Source of the DNA: Candidatus Bathyarchaeota archaeon
GTDB lineage: Archaea > Thermoproteota > Bathyarchaeia > Bathyarchaeales > Bathycorpusculaceae
DNA: 64,000 bases
Direction: 5' to 3'
Assembly: GCA_963782525.1 (NCBI GenBank)
Contig: CAWAKC010000009.1
Location: 96,001-160,000 of the forward strand
The translations under genes were made by a program, and so were the position numbers. Shown here piece by piece: positions 37,551 to 45,540 of the stretch. How positions within the stretch are numbered: the stretch's first letter is position 1; each line of letters starts with the position of its first letter. The notes beneath the pieces were generated by a model. That model searched no databases. It had not been told where the DNA came from and saw only the letters and a program-made list of their open reading frames with translations.

Positions 37551-37991
37551 TTACCTTGCTGGTTTTTGTTTACGTCCATAGACGAGTTCGTTTAGGCTTA
37601 CGCCGTTAACCATAACGACCTTCCAGCGTACACCTGGAATGTCTCCCATAGCGCCGCCTCTTGTTCCACCAATGCCTTCTACAACGACTTCGTCGTGTTC
37701 GTCGACTACGTTGAGGGCGCCGTCACCAGGCAAGAACGCTGTGATGGTTCTTCCGTTTTTGATGAGCTGGGTGCGGACACATTTGCGGATGGCGCTGTTG
37801 GGCTGTTTTGATTCGACACCTACTTTTTCTAGAACGATACCTCTGCTCTGAGGTGCACCCTGCATAGGGTCAACTTTTTCGTCGAGCATAAGCATGCGTC
37901 GGTTAAAGTAACGATCTGACCAACGGAAGTTTTTCCGTTTCTTTGCTAGTTGCCTTGCGGCAAATTCGCCTCTTGGAGACTTGGAACCCAT
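37551..37991 (-). CDS. rps12: 30S ribosomal protein S12 (uS12)
   Basis: [28 protein letters not shown]. Confidence 0.98.
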   Translation of the reverse strand: MGSKSPRGEFAARQLAKKRKNFRWSDRYFNRRMLMLDEKVDPMQGAPQSRGIVLEKVGVESKQPNSAIRKCVRTQLIKNGRTITAFLPGDGALNVVDEHDEVVVEGIGGTRGGAMGDIPGVRWKVVMVNGVSLNELVYGRKQKPAR

Positions 37992-38195
37992 TCTAAGATA
38001 TTCCTTCTTTTTGCAACATCATAGTCATAATACTAATATTTAAACAAAACGAAGCCGCAGAATAAAAAACTGTAGAGACCTTTTTCTTTACTTATTCGAT
38101 TGGAAATTGCAATTTAAATTTTGTTCCCTTGTCAATTTGGCTTTCAAGCAAGTTGTGCCGCCCTGCGCCTCAACCAAACAATAAGAATTTGAGGG

Positions 38196-38291
38196 ATGAA
38201 AATCAAAGTTGTTGAGGAAATTAACGCCTTGAAAAAGAGAATTTCGGAACTGGAGTTTGAAAAGAAAAAATCTAACGCCGTTCAAAGTTAA
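38196..38291 (+). CDS. Possible 31-aa coiled-coil microprotein or fragment
   Basis: GAGGG-ATG; MKIKVVEEINALKKRISELEFEKKKSNAVQS with heptad pattern. Confidence 0.3.
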   Translation: MKIKVVEEINALKKRISELEFEKKKSNAVQS

Positions 38292-38405
38292 CATTTTGTT
38301 TTTCTTGGGTATGCAGTCACATATCTTTTAGGCTATAATCTCATAAGAGAGAGTTTGTATAGCGCAACATAGTTAAATAAGTTAAAAAATATCTAATTAA
38401 AACAA

Positions 38406-39203
38406 ATGCAGGTTCTTAAACTTCACAAATGGATTGTTTTAGTTGCCGTTTTATTAGTTGTTGTGTTGCTTGTGTCTTTTTTTGTGGTTCAGAATAGTTA
38501 TAAGCCTTCAGCGAAAGCCTCGCCTACGCCTCCTCCGTCGCCGACTTCCACGTCAACGGGAACTACAACTCCGTCCCCTACTTCCAAGACCACTCCGTCG
38601 CCTACTCCTCTGTTAACTCCAGTGCTGCCCACAATCGTTCCTCAACTGTACCCAGGAGAACTCATCCAGTACCAAAACCAAACTCTCTCACCGATTAGCG
38701 CTGTCTACCAGAACGCAATCGCTGGAACACAGTACATAAACCAGTCAACTTACCGTCTATCCATCAGTGGCCTTGTAAATCAGCCTTTGAAGCTTTCCTA
38801 TAACCAAGTCGTTAACAGCCACCAACCGCTCCAGAAAGTTGTCACGCTTAACTGCGTAGAAGGCTGGAGCGCCACTATTCTTTGGGAGGGAATCCAAGTC
38901 AACGACCTCCTCACTGATGCAGGCGTCAACTCGCAGGCGACAGTCGTCATCTTCAAAGCTTCCGACGGCTACACCACCGCTCTGCCGTTAGACTATGTTG
39001 TGCAAAACCAAATAATGATAGCCTACAAAATGAACAACGTAACCCTCACGCCTGAGATTGGTTGGCCTTTTATGGTTGTGGCTCAGGACCAGTATGGGTA
39101 CAAGTGGGCTAAGTGGTTGATGGAAATTGAGGTTTCAAGTGATATGGGTTACCTTGGTTACTGGGAGAGCCGGGGATATTCCAACGATGCGAACGTGCCA
39201 TAA
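38406..39203 (+). CDS. Membrane-anchored molybdopterin-dependent oxidoreductase (sulfite oxidase/MsrP family)
   Basis: N-terminal TM, Pro/Thr/Ser linker, LNCVEGWS...WEG, DGYTT.LP, YGYKWAKW, GYWESRGY. Confidence 0.9.
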   Translation: MQVLKLHKWIVLVAVLLVVVLLVSFFVVQNSYKPSAKASPTPPPSPTSTSTGTTTPSPTSKTTPSPTPLLTPVLPTIVPQLYPGELIQYQNQTLSPISAVYQNAIAGTQYINQSTYRLSISGLVNQPLKLSYNQVVNSHQPLQKVVTLNCVEGWSATILWEGIQVNDLLTDAGVNSQATVVIFKASDGYTTALPLDYVVQNQIMIAYKMNNVTLTPEIGWPFMVVAQDQYGYKWAKWLMEIEVSSDMGYLGYWESRGYSNDANVP

Positions 39204-39431
39204 CCAGCGATGCAGAAAAAATTCTTCCTGTTGCATGCACAACCAGCCTGCAACTTAAAATAGACACAGATAACAAAGCGCAGTTGACGGTTTTGCCTGC
39301 TGGTCGTTGATGGGACATGGCAAAAACTCAGGTACCTCTAATGAAAAACAGCTGTTTGTGGCAAATTGTTGTCACACATCTTTAAAGCCCAAAGAGCGTG
39401 ACTTGTTTTAGGTTTTTGGAGGTGAGTTTGG

Positions 39432-39707
39432 TTGGTTGAGGTTGAAAGGATTAAGTCTGAAGCAGGTTCCGGGATGGCGTCGACTGCTAACTTTGATGTT
39501 AATGACTTAATCAGCAGAGTGCTCGATTTTGTGGACAGCTTTAAAGAGGCATCTTTGGGTAGGCAGCGTATGGCGGTTGATGTTGAGGGGTTTAATTTTT
39601 CGGTGGGTAAAGAGGGTAAAAAATATGATTTTTCAGTGAGTGTGAATTTATCGTTTAACCCGAAAAAGACAGAAGCGGCGGCTGAGCAGCCGGTTAGTTT
39701 CCCCTAA
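39432..39707 (+). CDS. Hypothetical protein
   Basis: GGAGGTGA RBS before TTG; TTTAAA promoter-like element upstream. Confidence 0.65.
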   Translation: MVEVERIKSEAGSGMASTANFDVNDLISRVLDFVDSFKEASLGRQRMAVDVEGFNFSVGKEGKKYDFSVSVNLSFNPKKTEAAAEQPVSFP

Positions 39708-39751
39708 GCTTATAATTATGCAAGCAAATATTATTGGCTAAGGTTATTGGT

Positions 39752-39856
39752 ATGGAAAAGAAATGTCCAGTCTGCAAAAAGAAATACACCACTTTTGATT
39801 CTAAATCCAAATATTGCAGTGACGCCTGCGCCAGAAAAGCTGGCAAATCAAAATAG
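39752..39856 (+). CDS. 34-aa zinc-finger microprotein (CPVC...YCSDAC)
   Basis: Below the ORF-track cutoff; MEKKCPVCKKKYTTFDSKSKYCSDACARKAGKSK; CTTATAA ~40 nt upstream; T-tract downstream. Confidence 0.75.
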   Translation: MEKKCPVCKKKYTTFDSKSKYCSDACARKAGKSK

Positions 39857-39935
39857 TTCGTCAGGCGCCATTATTTTTTTTATAGCGTAAGCTATTTTTT
39901 TGTTAATTCACAGTTGTTTTCAGGGAAAAAAGCAG

Positions 39936-40202
39936 TTAAGTCGCTGGGATTCCGCGAAGATTCTTTTTCTCTATTTCCAGACACTCGTCGCACAAATCAT
40001 GTGTTGGTCGGTTGGTGCGTTTTTGGATGACTACGCGAGGATACTGTTTGCAGTTTTTGTTCCAGTGCCATCTGTCGGGCTCGGCTCCCTTAACATATTC
40101 GTCCACCCTACAGTCCTCACCAGAATATATGTCAATGGAAATATTTCTAATTTGCGTCTCACCAGCATATTGGAGCCTTAGAAAATTCATGTTCATTTTC
40201 AA
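39936..40202 (-). CDS. Small hypothetical protein with Cys/His residues
   Basis: 88-aa ORF with C...C...HDLCDEC. Confidence 0.45.
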   Translation of the reverse strand: MKMNMNFLRLQYAGETQIRNISIDIYSGEDCRVDEYVKGAEPDRWHWNKNCKQYPRVVIQKRTNRPTHDLCDECLEIEKKNLRGIPAT

Positions 40203-40307
40203 ATAGAAATTCCCTTTCTATAGGGCCTATAGAAAAAAATCACAGTTATGCGGTTATGCATTTAAGCTTCCAGTACATAACCAATTTCATACAAACAGTG
40301 AATTACC

Positions 40308-41210
40308 ATGCCATATGACAAAGAAGAACTAACAAAATTCCGCATATCAGGCAGAATCCTTCGGGAAACACGTGAGGAAATGCGCAGTTTCGTTAAGGAG
40401 AACATGGCGGTTATCGATGTTTGCGAGAAAGCAGAAGGCTTAATCCGCTCTAAAGGTGGGAAACCTGCGTTTCCCTGTAACGTCAGCATCAACGAAGTCG
40501 CAGCACATTACACTGCACCACCAGGGGACAAAACGGTGATTCCTGTGGGTTCCACGGTTAAAGTGGACATTGGAGTGCAGGTTGATGGTTACGTCACCGA
40601 CACCGCTTTTACGGCAGCGTTTGGCGCTGAAGGCAGAAGCATGGCAGCCACCGCCGAGCTTGCTCTGAAAACAGCGATAGACAACATTCACGGCGACATG
40701 GCGCTGGGCAAAATCGGCGCCCTAATCGAAAACACCATCAAAAACCGCGGCTTCAAACCCATCAGCAACCTCACGGGACATTCTGTTGGACGCTATTTGA
40801 TTCATGCTGGAACATCAATCCCCAACGTTGCTCAAACGTCGCTGGGAAAGGTGCATTCGGGCGAAGTGTACGCGATTGAACCTTTCGTCACTCAACCAGA
40901 CGCCATTGGCAGGGTAGACGATGAACCCCAAATCACCATCTACCGTTTACTTAAAGCAAAATCTACAAAAACCGACGCAGCCAAAAAAATGCTAAAACAC
41001 ATCGAAACCAACTTCCGCACTCTGCCCTTTGCTGAACGCTGGCTCATCGGTGTGGTTCCGCCAGAACAGCATAAAGCTGCTTTCAAAGAATTGTTTGCCT
41101 CTAAAGCGATTATGGGGTATCCGATTTTTGTGGAAGCCAGCAGAAAACCAGTTGCCCAAGCAGAACACACTTTATTAATAAAAGATGATGGGTGTGAAGT
41201 TTTAACCTAA
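40308..41210 (+). CDS. map: Methionine aminopeptidase type II
   Basis: AFPCNVSINEVAAHY, KVDIG..VDGY..DTA, NLTGH, IHAG, AIEPF, AQAEHT. Confidence 0.97.
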   Translation: MPYDKEELTKFRISGRILRETREEMRSFVKENMAVIDVCEKAEGLIRSKGGKPAFPCNVSINEVAAHYTAPPGDKTVIPVGSTVKVDIGVQVDGYVTDTAFTAAFGAEGRSMAATAELALKTAIDNIHGDMALGKIGALIENTIKNRGFKPISNLTGHSVGRYLIHAGTSIPNVAQTSLGKVHSGEVYAIEPFVTQPDAIGRVDDEPQITIYRLLKAKSTKTDAAKKMLKHIETNFRTLPFAERWLIGVVPPEQHKAAFKELFASKAIMGYPIFVEASRKPVAQAEHTLLIKDDGCEVLT

Positions 41211-41225
41211 AAAAGGTTAAGCTTC

Positions 41226-41672
41226 TTAGACGTTGTAGGTTTTTTCTTTTTCTTTAACTTCTTTGTAGATGGCTGTTACCATTTGTTTGCCGCCGCATTT
41301 GCCGCATGGAACATCGATTTCTTTGTAGACGTAGTCGCCACGTTGGAATTCACGGCTGGCTTTGTTGTTGCAGCCTTTGTTTGTGCATTCTGTGAGTGTC
41401 ATTACTTTGGGGGCTTCAATTTTAACGGCTGCACTTTGCCTCTTAGACTGGAACAGTAACCCCACAGACATGGCCAACGCCAGTATTCCTATGCCGGCTA
41501 ATACGCCTGCAGCTATCTGGTCACCTGCCAAGTAAGTTTCGCCTGCTATAAGCAAAGCTGTTACAGCTAGCGCCATAACAATCAGAACGATTAGGGTGAG
41601 GTAGGTGGAGATTTTGTTGTTTGCAGATGCAGATTGGGTTTGGTTTTGAGTCGTCATGTTTCTCATCCTCAT
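41226..41672 (-). CDS. Two-TM protein with C-terminal zinc ribbon
   Basis: ECTNKGC...REFQRGDYV...CGKCG...TAIY. Confidence 0.75.
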   Translation of the reverse strand: MRMRNMTTQNQTQSASANNKISTYLTLIVLIVMALAVTALLIAGETYLAGDQIAAGVLAGIGILALAMSVGLLFQSKRQSAAVKIEAPKVMTLTECTNKGCNNKASREFQRGDYVYKEIDVPCGKCGGKQMVTAIYKEVKEKEKTYNV

Positions 41673-42781
41673 TATTGTCCAACTCCGATAGAGTTGCCGA
41701 CACCGACGATTATGACTTTGTCGCCTTCTTTGGTGCGCTCCAAAACGACCGCTTTAACGCGTTCGATGACTTTGTCGGTTGCATCGTTGATTTCTTTTCG
41801 CATTGGGGAAACTGCGTCGCCGATGTCTTCTTTGATGATGACTGCGTAGTTGGGGATTTTGTATTTTGTTAGTGATTCTTCAATCTTGAATGCGTCAACG
41901 CCAGGTCCGCCGATGGCTGCACCGATGCCTTCAGAGACTTCTCCGACAAGTTCGCCTTCAAGCTTTAAGCCTGCATCAATCATAATGAGGCAACCGATTT
42001 TGCCTTCGTTTTCATCAATGACTTGTACGATAGCTTCGCCTGGTTTGCCGACGTTTCCGCCGGGTCCTTCAGCTTTAAGAACGAATGCTGTGCGTCCTTC
42101 GAACGGAACACTTGCAACAACACAATCTTTGCCAACTTTGCGTATTTCATAGCCATGCATAAGTTTGCCTGCAACCAGCGGTCCTGCGCCATCTCCGATT
42201 GGTTGCCCGTAGGCAAAGGCTTTAAGTGCGCTGCTGTATGCGTCTGCTTCTTTCATAACCATGGGCAGAATCATTTGGAGCTGCATAATAACGTAGAGGC
42301 TGAGGGTTTTTTTGCCTTGAATATAGTAGTGACGTACAACTTTGTAGATGAAGTTGAGTGCCATAGCGGCTTCCAGGGTGTTTTCAAGGTTGTTGATTTG
42401 AACGTCATCGTTTTGGACTGCGGGAGCCATAAGTCGGACTTCTTCTTTTAAGCGTTCATCTCGGACATCTAGCACATGGTCGAGTTTGTTGACGATGCCT
42501 GCTGGATCCATGTTTTGGGGACCAATGGTGAAGTAGTCGAGGTAACGGTCAACACGTGCCGCTGGGTCGGTTGTGGGTTTGCCGATTTCTTTAAGGGTTT
42601 CAATTGCGGTTTTTCTGCCTTCCTCTTTGATATGCTTGAGTTTATGCAGAGAGTTTTCGACTTCACGGATCATAACATACATTTGGATACGTTGCCCGTA
42701 GAAGATGAGTACTATAAAGAACACGTAAGAGAGTAAACTGATTATCTGGGTAATTGAATCGCTTCCGGGAATAAGACTCAC
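41672..42781 (-). CDS. DUF1512 family protein
   Basis: GQPIGDGAGPL, KAEGPGGNVG.PG, IDAGLKLEGE, AIGGPG, GVGNSIGVGQ. Confidence 0.88.
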   Translation of the reverse strand: MSLIPGSDSITQIISLLSYVFFIVLIFYGQRIQMYVMIREVENSLHKLKHIKEEGRKTAIETLKEIGKPTTDPAARVDRYLDYFTIGPQNMDPAGIVNKLDHVLDVRDERLKEEVRLMAPAVQNDDVQINNLENTLEAAMALNFIYKVVRHYYIQGKKTLSLYVIMQLQMILPMVMKEADAYSSALKAFAYGQPIGDGAGPLVAGKLMHGYEIRKVGKDCVVASVPFEGRTAFVLKAEGPGGNVGKPGEAIVQVIDENEGKIGCLIMIDAGLKLEGELVGEVSEGIGAAIGGPGVDAFKIEESLTKYKIPNYAVIIKEDIGDAVSPMRKEINDATDKVIERVKAVVLERTKEGDKVIIVGVGNSIGVGQ

Positions 42782-42870
42782 TTTAAGACACCACTTCTTT
42801 TCAAAACTATAAAAAGACAGTTATAAAGCTATGCCAAATCACACTCAGAAATTTAGGAGTGAAAAGAATG

Positions 42871-42987
42871 TTGCCAGCTTTCCCAGGTTCACGTGGCCTA
42901 AGACCACACTACAGCTGGAAACGGAACACGGTTTAACTTCTGAGTTCGGAATGGGATCAGGTGGAACCCGTGCCCTTTGACCGGCAG
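42871..42987 (-). rRNA. rrf: 5S rRNA, stand-alone
   Basis: CCTGATCCCATTCCGAACTCAGAAGTTAA core; complementary ends TGCCGG/CTGGCA; TATATA box ~43014-43020. Confidence 0.95.
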
Positions 42988-43181
42988 ACGAAACATAACT
43001 GTTCAACAATCCCATATATACCTTCTGCTTTGTTTTTGAAAGAAGAACCTTTTGCAATGGTTTGCATGAAACAAACTGATGTGAACGTTATCAATGATTG
43101 TTTGAAAGCTTAAACAAAGATTTTCAACATGTTAAGGCAGCAGAAAACCAATGACACCCACTCCCCAGTGTTTCTTACATG

Positions 43182-43370
43182 CTACCGTCGCTTCTGCAAA
43201 TCTTGTTTTTTGAACCAGACTAGACCTATTATGGCCACGGTTATCGCTGTCAAGGCGGCTACAGGGTTGATGGCCTGCAATGCAGCATAAGAATTAGTCA
43301 AAAACACAATTAAAGATAACATAGAAAACAAAATTATCGCTATCCCGATGGCAAAGTTTTTACGGCTCAA
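43182..43370 (-). CDS. Small two-TM membrane protein
   Basis: 62 aa, two hydrophobic helices, basic tail; GGAGG upstream. Confidence 0.65.
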   Translation of the reverse strand: MSRKNFAIGIAIILFSMLSLIVFLTNSYAALQAINPVAALTAITVAIIGLVWFKKQDLQKRR

Positions 43371-43432
43371 TTTTTCACTAAGCCTCCAAGTATGTAAATA
43401 GTTGGGCTGTTTTGATTTAATACTAAGGTTTA

Positions 43433-43445
43433 GAACAGCCTGTTC
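43433..43445. promoter_or_regulatory. Palindromic operator GAACAG-C-CTGTTC upstream of the small membrane gene
   Basis: Matches 3119-3131, including the spacing to CTTAG(C/T)AT(C/T)AAAT. Confidence 0.6.
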
Positions 43446-43563
43446 AGTGAATAGACATATGTTGAGCCCTCGAAAATTCTGTTTGATAAAACCACAGATT
43501 ACTCAATAACACAGCGCGCTAACTAAAATTAATTTGAAATGATAAAAATTTTAGGGAAAAACC

Positions 43564-43842
43564 CTAATCTTCTTCTTCAAGTTTACGTTCTTTAATTTTC
43601 AGTTCGTCTTCATCACCGATAACCTTGAAAGTTTCAGATAGCTCATGTTTATGAAGGAACTTTCTAACAATTATGCGAATATATTTTTTTGAGAGCGCTT
43701 CACCTTCACCCTTCACTGTCACGGTTTTTCCGTCTGTAGCTACGTCTCCGCCTGTTTTGTCCTTGAGGAAATCAGCTAGTTTCTCGAATAGTTTGCTTTC
43801 GTCGCCTTTTAATTCTGAAGCGTTAACTTTCATTTCAACCAT
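43564..43842 (-). CDS. Ribosomal protein eL22-like
   Basis: L.DFL..K, LSKKYIRIIVRKFLHKHELSETFKVIG resembles eL22 FSKRYLKYLTKKYLKK..LRDWLRVVA; acidic tail; GAGGTG RBS. Confidence 0.75.
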   Translation of the reverse strand: MVEMKVNASELKGDESKLFEKLADFLKDKTGGDVATDGKTVTVKGEGEALSKKYIRIIVRKFLHKHELSETFKVIGDEDELKIKERKLEEED

Positions 43843-44096
43843 TTTTCTTGTTCACCTCGATTCATGCTGCGCCAATTAACAGATGATTTAGCTTACTTTC
43901 TCATATCTGCTCTATTGATAAATTTTCCGCTTACAGTTGTCAGTTCGCCCGTCGAGTCTATCTCACAGCTTATGCTCAGACTCTAAGTGCACATCATCCA
44001 AACAGGTATTCAACATCAGACTTTAAGACTGTTACGCTGCCAAACTATTTTTGCTATAGAGAAACGGTTTTTATTGTTACCACCGAGTCTTTATTT

Positions 44097-44633
44097 GTGG
44101 AGTTATGGAGCATGGACCTGTTAGATGCAATCATAAATCGGAGAAGTATAAGGAACTACAAAAAACAAGAGTTATCACAATCATCTGTTGAGCGGTTGCT
44201 AGAAGCCGCTAGACAAGCACCGTCCGCTGGGAACGTTCAGCCATGGGAATTCGTGGTTGCAAGCACACAAAAAAACAAGACTGACCTATCCTTTGCAGCT
44301 TATGGACAAAAAGACCTCCAAGACGCTTCGGTTGTCATCGTTGTTTGCACTGACGAGAAACGTGCAGCAGAGGCCTATGGACTCCGAGGTAAAACATTGT
44401 ACTGTATCCAGGATACAGCTGCTGCAATTCAGAACATCCTGTTAACCGCTTGCTCAATGGGTTTAGGTACCTGTTGGATAGGCGCTTTCAAAGAAGATGA
44501 AGTAAAAAAGGTCATTAACGCACCGACATACATACGTCCCGTAGCGTTGATTCCGGTGGGCTACCCCAATGAATCGCCAAATGCCCGCCAAAGAAGACCG
44601 CTAACTGAAATTACGCACAAAGAAAATTTCTGA
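44097..44633 (+). CDS. Nitroreductase family protein
   Basis: RRSIRNY, APSAGNVQPWEF, GLGTCWIGAF, VGYP...RRPL. Confidence 0.93.
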   Translation: MELWSMDLLDAIINRRSIRNYKKQELSQSSVERLLEAARQAPSAGNVQPWEFVVASTQKNKTDLSFAAYGQKDLQDASVVIVVCTDEKRAAEAYGLRGKTLYCIQDTAAAIQNILLTACSMGLGTCWIGAFKEDEVKKVINAPTYIRPVALIPVGYPNESPNARQRRPLTEITHKENF

Positions 44634-44824
44634 TTTCTGATTCAGCTGAAATTACTTAGTTAAAATCTATATTTCAATATTCATAAAGTTTAAAAGCGCC
44701 TTCCACATCTATCTGAGAACTTCAATGGATGAATGTCCATGTGTGAATCGGTAGAACGCTGGTTCAACAAACATGTGTCAATTCACCAATGAAAAATCAT
44801 AATCACAGGAGGAAAAACAAAGAA

Positions 44825-44950
44825 ATGTTATCGCGAGATTGCGATGGATGCTCCCAAATGAAGCCATGCAGCAAACGATTCGGCATCGCCCATACAGGCG
44901 AAAAAGTTTACTGCCCAGATGGAACAGCCCATTTAGTTGACGGCTGCTAA
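44825..44950 (+). CDS. 41-aa Cys/His microprotein
   Basis: Uncalled; AGGAGG upstream; MLSRDCDGCSQMKPCSKRFGIAHTGEKVYCPDGTAHLVDGC; T-rich terminator after. Confidence 0.7.
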   Translation: MLSRDCDGCSQMKPCSKRFGIAHTGEKVYCPDGTAHLVDGC

Positions 44951-45032
44951 AACAACGACCAATATAGAGTTAGTTTAAGCAAACAATTTTTCCCTGTTTT
45001 CTTTTTATTTTATTTTTCAGTTTTCAGAATTA

Positions 45033-45440
45033 CTATTTTCCAAGTGTTTTCTTAACTTCAGCAATGATGTCTGAGAAATCTGCTTCTTTTTCAGGTTTCA
45101 TGTCTTTCTTCGAGACTTTCAAAATCGTATAATATCCCTTGCTTTTCAAGTCCTTTTCCATAGCTTTCATGGTCCGTTCGTTGCCAAATATACGGTATGT
45201 GCAAAACAGAATGGCTTATTTGCCTTCCACCTTAGACAAGCTTTCGATGAATGCTTTGGTTTCTTTGGCGGGGCTTGAGCCTTCCACTGGTGTGCCCAGG
45301 ATTATGAGGTCGTAGGTTTCGACGGTTGATGGCATCGTTCCTGACATGTCAAAGATTGGGGCTTTTGCTGTGTCGGCTATGGCTTGGGCTAAACGTTTGG
45401 TGTTGCCTGTTCTTGAAAAATAAACTACGCAAGGGTTCAT
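45033..45440 (-). pseudogene. Flavodoxin family protein with in-frame TAA at 45216-45218
   Basis: VYFSRTGNTKRLA, YDLIILGTPV...EGK*AILFCTY...; the same frame stays open to TAG 45033. Confidence 0.85.
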
Positions 45441-45540
45441 AGTTTGAATAGGCGCTACTAACCTTATAAAATCTTGCATCATAGACTATGTGGTAAGTTT
45501 AAAAGTTCAGCCAAGCAGTATTTCTTGTGAGCGAAAAACC

